A stretch of 20,185 nt of DNA from Gemmatimonadales bacterium (GCA_039794085.1 JBDIWC010000060.1:1-20185); one strand, 5' to 3'. Shown: positions 8,722 through 16,472, counted from the first letter of the stretch. Made by a program: numbers and translations. Notes: a model not told the origin generated them from the sequence alone.

Positions 8722-11284
8722 CGGAATCAGGATGAAAGGATGTCGCATGGCATGTCGCGCGTGGTGGGTTTCCGGTGCCTGTCTGGCAGGGGCGTTGCTG
8801 GGATCGTCGTCGGCGGAGGCGCAGGATTCGGTGACCGTGGTGCCGGGGGAGCAGTACGGCGCCGGTGCTCTGCATCGCTTCGTCTTCGGGGTGGGATACC
8901 GGGATCTCTGGACCACGCCGATCCGGGTGCCCGTGCTCGATCTCGGGCGGCATGAGGGAGGCCTCACCCCGATCAAGAAGGGAGGGGGACAGCAGACCGT
9001 GTCCCTCCGTTTCCGGGCCGCCGATGGCCGGGAATACTCGTTCCGGTCGGTGGACAAGGATCCGAGCTCCGTGCTGCCGGAGGACCTGCAGGGGTCGGTC
9101 GCCGAGAAGATCATCCGGGACCAGACCAGTTCGGCGCATCCGGTCGGTGCCATGGTCGTGGCCGAACTCCTGGAGGCGGTGGGTGTGTTGCACGCAAAGC
9201 CCCTGCTGGCCGTGATGCCCGACGATCCCCGGCTCGGGGAGTTCCGCGCCGAGTTCGCGGGCATGCTGGGCATGCTCGAACTCCGGCCCAACGAAGAGGA
9301 GAATCCGGAGGCCAGCTTCGCGGGGGCCATCGAAGTCGTGGGGTCGGAGAAGTTCCTGGAGGAGATCGGGAAGAACCCGTTCGTCCGCCCCGACGCCCGG
9401 GCCTTTCTGCGGGCCCGTCTCATGGACCTTTTTCTGGGAGACTGGGATCGCCACCGTGACCAGTGGCGGTGGGCCTTGATCGACAGCGACGGGCTCCGCC
9501 GCTGGGTTCCGATCCCGCGGGACCGGGACCAGGCCTTCGCCAAGTTTGACGGATTTCTCCTCCTGATCGGCCGCCAGTCCTTCCCCCAGTTCGTCAACTT
9601 CGGGGCCGGATATGCGGACATCACGGGACAGACCTGGAACGGCCGGGATCTCGACCGGTGGATCCTCCCCAACCTCACCTGGGAAACATGGCAGGAAGAG
9701 GCGACCGACCTGCAACGGCTCCTCACGGACGCGGCAGTCGAGCGGGCGGTGAACGTCCTCCCGCCCCCGTACCTTTCCCGGCAACGGGATCGGATGCTCC
9801 ACGCGTTGCGCCAGCGCCGGGACGATCTGGTGACGGAGGCCCGCACCTACTACCGGCTGCTGGCCCGGGAGGTCGACCTCCAGGCGAGCGATCGCAAGGA
9901 CAGCGCGGTGGTGACCCGAATGGGCGAGGGAGGAACGCGGGCTCAACTCTGGGCGGATGACGTGACGGCACCGTATTTCGATCGCACCTTTCTGAACGAG
10001 GAAACGAAGGACTTGCGGATCTGGCTGCGCGGGGACGACGACCTCGGCATCGTCCGGGGAAGCGGGGGCGGGCCGACCGTCCGGTTCCTGGGCGGGGGAA
10101 GCGATGATCGGTTCCGCAACGAGGCGAGTGACGGCCGGGTAAGGATCTATGATGACCGGGGGACCAACCACGCCGTGGGGGCATCGATCAACGACAAGCC
10201 GTATGTGACGGAGGCCGACTCGGTGCCTGGAGTGCTCCCTCCCCGTGACTGGGGGAGCGACCTGGACGTCTACCCCCTGGTGGGGTTCGCCCCGGACATC
10301 GGATTGCTGCTGAGCGTCAAGCCGTCCAAGACCTGGTTCGGGTTCCGCAAGCGTCCCCAGGCGAGCCGCCTCGCCCTCACGCTCTCCTGGGCCACGAGCC
10401 GGTCCACGATCAACGGAGAGCTGGAGGGGGACTGGTGGCGGGAGAACAGCGGGGTGCGGTTCGGATTTCGCGCCCGGGGTTCGGGGATCGAGGTGTTGCG
10501 GTGGTATGGCGACGGGAATAACTCGGTGCGGGGCCCGACCGACGAGTTCAACCGGGTCTCCATGCACATCCTCTCCTTCGCTCCCCACGTGGGGGTGGAT
10601 TTCGACGCCCGGAGCACCTTCGAGATCGGCCCGATGATCAAGTATTCGGTGACCGAACTCGATGGGGATAACGCAGACCGGTTCATCGCGATCGACCGAC
10701 CCTTCGGCGCCGAGCACATCGGGCAGGTGGGGGCCTTCGCGACGGTGCTGCTCGATGGACGGGATCGAGCCGTGGCCGCCACCGAGGGGGTGATGTTCCG
10801 GGCCGCGGGCTCGGTGTTTCCGGTGATCATCGCCGCGGATGGAGGCACCTTCGGGAGTGTGGAAGGGGAAACGGCGGGGTACTGGTCTCCCCTCGGCCCC
10901 AATGCTCCGACCCTGGCGCTGCGCCTGGGAGGACGCCGGGTCTGGGGTGACTATCCGTTCTTTGAAGCGGCTACGCTCGGCGGGTTCACCTCCCGCGGGT
11001 TTCGTCCCGGACGGTTCGCGGGGGATGCCGCCGTCTGGGCCAACGGGGAGGTCCGCCTCAAGGTCACCGACGCCACGCTGGTGGTCCCGGGGGAACTGGG
11101 CGTCTTCGGGTTCGGGGACGTGGGCCGGGTCTGGCTTGACGGAGAGGAGTCGGACCGGTGGCACCCGTCCGCGGGGGGGGGCGTCTGGTTCGGGATCCTG
11201 AAGCGCCGCATGACCGTGAGCATGTCCCTGGGGCGGAGCCGGGAAGGCACCCGGTTCTATGCGGGGTCGGGATTCGGGTTCTGA
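8714..11284 (+). CDS. Outer-membrane protein: N-terminal atypical-kinase-like domain, Gly/Asp-rich linker, C-terminal Omp85 (BamA/TamA-like) beta-barrel
   Basis: Signal peptide ending AEA|QD. Kinase-like motifs KGGGQQT, DLFLGDWDRHRDQW, PIPRDRDQAF. Barrel with loop motif RGFRPGRFAGD, FGDVGRVW and terminal GFGF. Start could be 8714, 8732 or 8747. Confidence 0.8.
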   Translation: MSNGIRMKGCRMACRAWWVSGACLAGALLGSSSAEAQDSVTVVPGEQYGAGALHRFVFGVGYRDLWTTPIRVPVLDLGRHEGGLTPIKKGGGQQTVSLRFRAADGREYSFRSVDKDPSSVLPEDLQGSVAEKIIRDQTSSAHPVGAMVVAELLEAVGVLHAKPLLAVMPDDPRLGEFRAEFAGMLGMLELRPNEEENPEASFAGAIEVVGSEKFLEEIGKNPFVRPDARAFLRARLMDLFLGDWDRHRDQWRWALIDSDGLRRWVPIPRDRDQAFAKFDGFLLLIGRQSFPQFVNFGAGYADITGQTWNGRDLDRWILPNLTWETWQEEATDLQRLLTDAAVERAVNVLPPPYLSRQRDRMLHALRQRRDDLVTEARTYYRLLAREVDLQASDRKDSAVVTRMGEGGTRAQLWADDVTAPYFDRTFLNEETKDLRIWLRGDDDLGIVRGSGGGPTVRFLGGGSDDRFRNEASDGRVRIYDDRGTNHAVGASINDKPYVTEADSVPGVLPPRDWGSDLDVYPLVGFAPDIGLLLSVKPSKTWFGFRKRPQASRLALTLSWATSRSTINGELEGDWWRENSGVRFGFRARGSGIEVLRWYGDGNNSVRGPTDEFNRVSMHILSFAPHVGVDFDARSTFEIGPMIKYSVTELDGDNADRFIAIDRPFGAEHIGQVGAFATVLLDGRDRAVAATEGVMFRAAGSVFPVIIAADGGTFGSVEGETAGYWSPLGPNAPTLALRLGGRRVWGDYPFFEAATLGGFTSRGFRPGRFAGDAAVWANGEVRLKVTDATLVVPGELGVFGFGDVGRVWLDGEESDRWHPSAGGGVWFGILKRRMTVSMSLGRSREGTRFYAGSGFGF

Positions 11285-11291
11285 GATCCGA

Positions 11292-14200
11292 ATGCCGGGA
11301 ACCCAGTTTCGGTGCGAGGTGGACGGGCTCGAGGCCCTGGCGTCGCTTCGGGAATCTCCTCTCCCGCTTGGGTTGAGGGCGGGGGCCCTCTCCCACAGCT
11401 TCCACCGGGATGTCTACCTCGACACGCCCGACTGTGCGCTCCGAAACCGCAAGGTGGCGTGTCGCCTGCGGATCGGGGCCAACGACCGCCGCTTCCTGGG
11501 TCTCCTGATGCCCGGCATGTCGGACGCCGACGACGAGGGGCGCTGGGAGGCCGAGGTCGAGGCCCTCGACCCCCGGGAAGCGGTGCTCGGCGACTCCGAA
11601 CCGGCCCGCCGCCTGCACGCCCTGGTCGATCCGACGGACCTGCGTCCCTGGCTGCAGGTCGAGACGGAACGCTGGATCCGCCCGGCCCGGTCCGGATGGT
11701 TCCGGCCGAGGGATCGTCTCCTCTTTCTCTACGACCACTGCATCGTCCGCTCCGGGGGCCTCGCGCGGGAGTTCCAGGAACTCGGGGTGAGGCGGGTCCA
11801 CGCGGGCGGCCCTTCCCTGGAGCGCATCGCGCGCGCCCTCGATGCCCGTCACGGTCTTCGCCCCACGCCCTATCCCAAGCATGAACGCGCCGCCGCCCTG
11901 TTGCACGCCGTGGAGGGGGAGGCCCTGGCCCGCGCGCTCGGCAGCGGGCGGTCGGTGGCCCTGCTCGCCGAGGATGAGGACCGGCTGGCGATGCTCGAGG
12001 TGGGTCGCGCCCTTCGGCTTCCCGTGGCCCGCGGAAGCGGGGAGGATGCGGTGCGGTATCTCCTGCGCCGTACCTTCGGCAGCGCCGTGGGAGACCTCGC
12101 GCTTCACGGCGTGGCACCCGGGAGCAGCGTCCGGCCCGCCGTGGAAGTGTGGTCGGCCCGGCGGATCCGGACCGATGGGGAGGGAGAGGGATCGGAGCCT
12201 ATCCGCTGGCTTCCCCTCGCCGAGATCCTCGGCCGGGTCGGGGAACCGGGCCTGCGCGATCCGGAAACCCTGGCCGCTCTCGCGGTGCTGGCTCGGTCGA
12301 GCCCCCAGTCGGCCGCCGTGGCGCTCCGGGCCTCCTCGTGGCGCACGGAGGGAGAGCGCGGGGCTCCGGTGACGGGAACCCGTCCGGTCATGGGGGAGGA
12401 CCTGGCCCGCGACGCGGATCGCGATGCGCTCCAGGAACATGCCGGATATCCCCCGGAGCATTTCCTCAACGCCGAGCTGAGCCAGATCGCCTTCAACCTC
12501 CGGGTGCTTGAACTGTCGGAGGATCGTCAGGTTCCCCTGCTCGAGCGACTCCGCTATCTCGCCATTGTCTCCAGCAACCTGGACGAGTTCTTCGCCGTGC
12601 GGGTCGGCGCCCTGAAGGAACGGACCATGCTGGCCCCCGAACGGCGCAGTCCGGACGGGATGACCGCCGAGCAGGAGCTCGATGCCGTCGCCGCCCGGGT
12701 CCCCGACATCGTCCAGCGGCAGCAACGGTGTCTCGACGAGTGCCTACACGGGCTCCGCACCCGGGGGGTGCACCTCCGGCGCTGGGGGGAACTGGCCGAC
12801 GAGGCCCGGGAGCGGCTGCGGGACCACTTTCGCTCCGAGCTGCTTCCGGACCTCACACCGCGCACCCTGACCTTGAGTCCGGGGCATCCTTTCCCTGTCA
12901 TGCCGGATCGGGTGCTGTCGTTCGCCCTCATGCTGCGGGACGACCGCAGTGGGCCCTTTCATTTTGCCTATCTGCGTCTTCCACCGCACTTGGCCCGATT
13001 CCTCCCGGTCGGCCCCCCCGGGCAGTACATCCGGCTGGAGGAGGTGGTGCGGTCCGACCTGGCGGCCCTGTACCCCGACCGGGTCGTGGAGCAGGCCTGG
13101 CTCTTCCGGGTCACCCGGAGCGCGGATCTCGACGTGGAGGAGGAGGAGGCCGGTGACTTCCTTCAAGCCATCGAGGAGGAGGTGGCCCGGCGGAGTCTCA
13201 ACCCGCCGGTGCGGGTGGAGGTGGAGCAGGGAATGCCGCGGACGCTCCGGAGCCTCCTCCTGCGCGAACTCCGATTTGAGCAACGGGAGGATCCCACCCC
13301 TCTCGGGGAAATGGATGTCTACGACATCCCCGGGGTAATGGATCTGAGCACTCTGCCCACCTTGGCCGCGCTGGCCGAAACGAAACTCGGCGCCGAGGCT
13401 CGGGGGCAGCGCCTCACCTTCCCGCCGTTCATCCCGCGGGATGCCCTGCCAATGGAGGCCTCCCTGTGGGAGACCATCCGGGCCGGGGACCAGCTCGTCC
13501 ACCATCCGTATGACGCCTTCCGCACCTCGACCCAGCGCTTCCTGGAGGAGGCGGCCGCCGATCCCCGCGTGACCACCATCAAGATGACGCTCTATCGCGC
13601 GGGCGACGTGTCCCCGGTCGTGGATGCCCTCTGCCGCGCCGCCGAGTCGGGCAAGGATGTCGCCGTGTTCGTGGAACTGAAGGCCCGCTTCGATGAGCGC
13701 CGGAACATCGCCGCCGTGGAACGGATGGAGGGGGCGGGGGTGCAGGTCATCTATGGTGTGGTGGGGCTCAAGAATCATGCGAAGGTGACCCTCGTGGTGC
13801 GACGGGAAGACGATCGGGTCCACCAGTACGCTCACATCGGGACCGGGAACTACAACGCCTCCACCGCCCGGTTCTACACCGACCTCGGCCTGCTCACCGC
13901 CGATCCCGCCATCACCGCCGACCTGACCGATCTGTTCAATCAGTTGACCGGAACCTCGGCGAGTCCGCGGGGAGTGTTCCGCCGCCTGCTGGTGGCTCCA
14001 GCCACCATGCTGGAGGGGTTCTGCGGTCTGATTGCGCGGGAGGAGGCCCACGCGCGGGCGGGCCGGCCGGCGCGGATCCGGGCGCAGCTCAACGGGCTCG
14101 ACGAGCCCGAGATCATCGAAGCACTCTATCGGGCCTCGGGAGCCGGGGTCCGGATCGAGCTGCTGGTGCGCGGGCTCTGCACCCTGCGCCCGGGACTCGC

Positions 14201-14537
14201 GGGGCTGTCGGAGCAGATCCGGGTGCGGAGCGTCCTGGGACGCTTCCTCGAACACGCCCGGATCTACCACTTTGCGAATGGTGGGGAGGGAGACGAATAC
14301 TTCATCGGGTCGGCCGACTGGCGGCGGCGCAATCTTCGCCGGAGGGTCGAGGTGGCCGTTCCCGTTCGGGATCCCATTCTGATGGATCGGCTCGACCGGA
14401 TTCTGACGGGCGGGCTCACCGAACCCGCAGGCTGGGAGCTCGACTCCGATGGAGGGTACGGGCGCCAGCAGTCCATCAGAAACGGGGTCCCTCATCTTCA
14501 CGATCGGGGAGGAGAGGTGTCCGGAACGGATGCATGA
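11292..14537 (+). CDS. ppk1: Polyphosphate kinase 1 with N-terminal CYTH-like and Nudix-like extensions
   Basis: PPK1 motifs SSNLDEFFAVRV, PGHPFP, HHPYD, TLYR, ELKARFDE, GLKNHAK, YAHIGTGNYN, LVRG, RFLEHARIY, GSADW..RNL.RRVE. About 385 extra N-terminal residues. ATG lies 7 nt after the upstream stop. Confidence 0.93.
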   Translation: MPGTQFRCEVDGLEALASLRESPLPLGLRAGALSHSFHRDVYLDTPDCALRNRKVACRLRIGANDRRFLGLLMPGMSDADDEGRWEAEVEALDPREAVLGDSEPARRLHALVDPTDLRPWLQVETERWIRPARSGWFRPRDRLLFLYDHCIVRSGGLAREFQELGVRRVHAGGPSLERIARALDARHGLRPTPYPKHERAAALLHAVEGEALARALGSGRSVALLAEDEDRLAMLEVGRALRLPVARGSGEDAVRYLLRRTFGSAVGDLALHGVAPGSSVRPAVEVWSARRIRTDGEGEGSEPIRWLPLAEILGRVGEPGLRDPETLAALAVLARSSPQSAAVALRASSWRTEGERGAPVTGTRPVMGEDLARDADRDALQEHAGYPPEHFLNAELSQIAFNLRVLELSEDRQVPLLERLRYLAIVSSNLDEFFAVRVGALKERTMLAPERRSPDGMTAEQELDAVAARVPDIVQRQQRCLDECLHGLRTRGVHLRRWGELADEARERLRDHFRSELLPDLTPRTLTLSPGHPFPVMPDRVLSFALMLRDDRSGPFHFAYLRLPPHLARFLPVGPPGQYIRLEEVVRSDLAALYPDRVVEQAWLFRVTRSADLDVEEEEAGDFLQAIEEEVARRSLNPPVRVEVEQGMPRTLRSLLLRELRFEQREDPTPLGEMDVYDIPGVMDLSTLPTLAALAETKLGAEARGQRLTFPPFIPRDALPMEASLWETIRAGDQLVHHPYDAFRTSTQRFLEEAAADPRVTTIKMTLYRAGDVSPVVDALCRAAESGKDVAVFVELKARFDERRNIAAVERMEGAGVQVIYGVVGLKNHAKVTLVVRREDDRVHQYAHIGTGNYNASTARFYTDLGLLTADPAITADLTDLFNQLTGTSASPRGVFRRLLVAPATMLEGFCGLIAREEAHARAGRPARIRAQLNGLDEPEIIEALYRASGAGVRIELLVRGLCTLRPGLAGLSEQIRVRSVLGRFLEHARIYHFANGGEGDEYFIGSADWRRRNLRRRVEVAVPVRDPILMDRLDRILTGGLTEPAGWELDSDGGYGRQQSIRNGVPHLHDRGGEVSGTDA

Positions 14538-14576
14538 GCCCCCGCCGTGGGGGTGGGTTCCCCTCCAGGAGAGCAT

Positions 14577-14768
14577 ATGATCAAAATGATCATCGGACTC
14601 GGAGTCGGGTTCGGGATCGGGGTCGGGAGCCGGTGGCTGGGCATCCCCTCCCCCGCACCCCAGGCCATCGCAGGCGCGTTTCTGGTGCTGTCGATGACCG
14701 TGGGGTACCTGGCGATGGGGGCGTGGATGAATCGTCGCCGGGCCGGTGCCGGCCGGGGGGAGGACTGA
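14577..14768 (+). CDS. XapX/DUF1427-like small membrane protein
   Basis: RBS AGGAGAG. TM-(IPSPAP)-TM architecture ending MTVGY. Confidence 0.78.
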   Translation: MIKMIIGLGVGFGIGVGSRWLGIPSPAPQAIAGAFLVLSMTVGYLAMGAWMNRRRAGAGRGED

Positions 14769-14923
14769 TGCTGGCCCAGGCGATGGGATACCTCCTCGCC
14801 TTCCTGGTGGGGGCCCTGTGCCGCCGGTTCGACGTGCCCCTTCCGGCGCCCCCGAAACTGCTCGGCGCCATACTCGTGGTGGTGATGACGGTGGGATACC
14901 TGGTGGGCGGGGAGATGATGTAG
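14768..14923 (+). CDS. XapX/DUF1427-like small membrane protein, second paralogue
   Basis: TGATG overlap and GGAGG RBS. MLAQAMGYLLAFLVGALCRRFDVPLPAPPKLLGAILVVVMTVGY has the same architecture. Confidence 0.78.
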   Translation: MLAQAMGYLLAFLVGALCRRFDVPLPAPPKLLGAILVVVMTVGYLVGGEMM

Positions 14924-14987
14924 AGGTGGGTGGCTTTCGCCCGGGGGCGGGGCAGGGTATCTTTCCGGCTGACTGTGGGGATGCGAG

Positions 14988-15131
14988 GGAGGACGTAGGA
15001 CGAGGAGGACATAGGACGTAGGACTTAGGACAAGAGCACAGCAGGACCTCGATTCGTTAAGACCTAGGTCCTATGTCCTAGGTTCTAGGTCCTGTCCCAA
15101 AGGCCGGAGAGAACACTAGTGCTCGGGACGT
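14988..15131 (+). repeat. Direct repeat copy 1 (144 bp) with inverted heptamer arrays
   Basis: Aligns to 15245-15395 with 5 substitutions and one 7-nt indel. Contains a TAGGAC(A/G/T) array and the complementary (C/T)CTA(G/T)GT array. Confidence 0.92.
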
Positions 15132-15244
15132 GGATGTCCGGCGCTCACCGTTGGTTCGCGCCGCCCATCGCGGCCGCCGTCGCTTCGCTCCGGCTGGCCG
15201 TGCGCACGTGGATGGGGTGGGGGTGGTTTGGGGGGCAGGGCGGA

Positions 15245-15395
15245 GGAGGACATAGGACGAGGAGGACATAGGACATAGGATATAGGACTTAGGACAAGAG
15301 CACAGCAGGACCTCGACTCGTTAAGACCTAGGTCCTATGTCCTAGGTTCTAGGTCCTGTCCCAAAGGCCGGAGAGAACACCAGTTCTCGGGACGT
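15245..15395 (+). repeat. Direct repeat copy 2 (151 bp), overlapping the first 8 nt of tRNA-Pro
   Basis: As copy 1 but with one extra heptamer unit. Ends in CGGGACGT, the tRNA-Pro 5' end. Confidence 0.92.
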
Positions 15396-15461
15396 AGCGC
15401 AGCCCGGTAGCGCACCTGAATGGGGTTCAGGGGGTCGCGGGTTCGAATCCCGCCGTCCCGA
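15388..15461 (+). tRNA. tRNA-Pro (GGG)
   Basis: Acceptor CGGGACG/CGTCCCG, D arm GCGC/GCGC, anticodon arm CCTGA-ATGGGGT-TCAGG, T arm GCGGG-TTCGAAT-CCCGC. CCA not encoded. Confidence 0.96.
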
Positions 15462-15464
15462 CTG

Positions 15465-15494
15465 GAAAAGGCGAGCCAATTGGCTCGCCTTTTC
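15465..15494. terminator. Bidirectional intrinsic terminator
   Basis: Perfect 30-bp palindrome GAAAAGGCGAGCCAATTGGCTCGCCTTTTC with A and T tracts, directly after tRNA-Pro. Confidence 0.85.
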
Positions 15495-15549
15495 TGTGTC
15501 GGGACGCCGGGCTGGGCGATCCCCCCGCAGTCCCAGCACCCAACCCTCC

Positions 15550-15637
15550 GGGTTCTGGGTTCTGGGTATCGGGTGTTGGGCCCAGCCCCGCAGTTCCCAG
15601 TACCCAGCACCCAAGGCCCAATACCCCAATCCCCAAC
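15550..15637. repeat. Inverted heptamer arrays (STRR-like)
   Basis: GGGTTCT GGGTTCT GGGTATC GGGTGTT GGG, then CCCAGTA CCCAGCA CCCAAGG CCCAATA CCCCAAT CCCCAAC. Confidence 0.75.
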
Positions 15638-15885
15638 CGCTCGCTCGCGGCATCCGGATCGAATCCCGCACCCAGAGGGCTGGCGAGTAGGACAGCCCAC
15701 ATCGCCAAGCCCTGACGTCGGCCGCTCCGGGATTCCTCGTCAGTCCTCGTCAAAGGCACCCTCATGGCCCCTCGCCGCCGGGGCCAGCATGGAGCCCTCG
15801 GGGAGGTCGTGGGGCGCCACTTGGTGTAGGCAGCGGAGTTCCGGAGGGACTTCCCTCCGGGGTCAAATATTGTAGCGGGCGCAGT

Positions 15886-16200
15886 CTACGCGGTTATCCC
15901 CTTCGGTGCAGAATCAGTTGCTCCCTTGAGCGCAGAAAGGTGGGGGGTGGCCACCACCTGCCATGACTCCAGCCGGATTATCTTCGAAACTGAGGCTGCC
16001 CTTTCCTCCCGGAGTAGGGACTGCCACCGCTCGAAGAGGATTTTGAGGTCCTCCAAGGCCTCATCCTTAGTTCCCCCTTGGGCGATACACCCCTCATGCC
16101 CGGGGTACCAAGCTGCAAAGAGATCGACCCCTTGGGTTCCGGTCTCTTTGCGAACGACAGGTGTCGGCAAGTCGCTCGGGATTTCATTGCGGCGGTTCAT
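15886..16200 (-). CDS. HicB-like antitoxin (N-terminal HicB domain only)
   Basis: AWYPGHEGCIAQGGTKDEALEDL matches the HicB P..pGc..qG.T.eEA motif. ATGA overlap with the upstream gene. Confidence 0.75.
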   Translation of the reverse strand: MNRRNEIPSDLPTPVVRKETGTQGVDLFAAWYPGHEGCIAQGGTKDEALEDLKILFERWQSLLREERAASVSKIIRLESWQVVATPHLSALKGATDSAPKGITA

Positions 16201-16472
16201 GTTCTCTCACTCCTGACGTTCTCGACGAGGCGGATGGCCATTTGAATAGTAGACGGCGGAAGGTTCTCTGACGAGTACACGATCAAATAATGTGTGTCCT
16301 TTCGGCCTGGCCAAAACCATGAGACAATCCTCACCCCACGGGAGGATCCCAACTCCTGAAACCTAAAACCATATGCCGCAAGAAGGGCGCCAACATCGAT
16401 GTAACCCCATCCCTTCGGATCTTCCTTCATTTCCTTGAGGAGGCGCTCTCCCTTCTGCTCGTCTGGAATCAC
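16197..16472 (-). CDS. Divergent HicA-like toxin
   Basis: 91 aa from a GTG that overlaps the upstream stop (GTGA). K.ERLL.EM..DP.GW...DV..LL..YGF pattern and a C-terminal helix as in HicA-type proteins. Directly upstream of the HicB-like gene. Confidence 0.6.
   Translation of the reverse strand: MIPDEQKGERLLKEMKEDPKGWGYIDVGALLAAYGFRFQELGSSRGVRIVSWFWPGRKDTHYLIVYSSENLPPSTIQMAIRLVENVRSERT

Noticed and set aside
7561..14576. Long minus-strand ORFs (7561-9846, 8342-11164, 11064-12725, 12744-14576)
   Set aside because: Shadow frames of well-supported plus-strand genes, with low-information composition.
14988..15395. Possible CRISPR array
   Set aside because: Only two long copies plus heptamer microrepeats. 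No regular repeat-spacer units and no cas genes.
5461..15461. None of the three tRNAs encodes CCA
   Set aside because: Common in many bacteria that add CCA enzymatically. Not evidence of pseudogenes.
15335..15875. Short ORFs around and after tRNA-Pro
   Set aside because: They overlap the tRNA, terminator and heptamer arrays, so they are most likely spurious translations of repeats.
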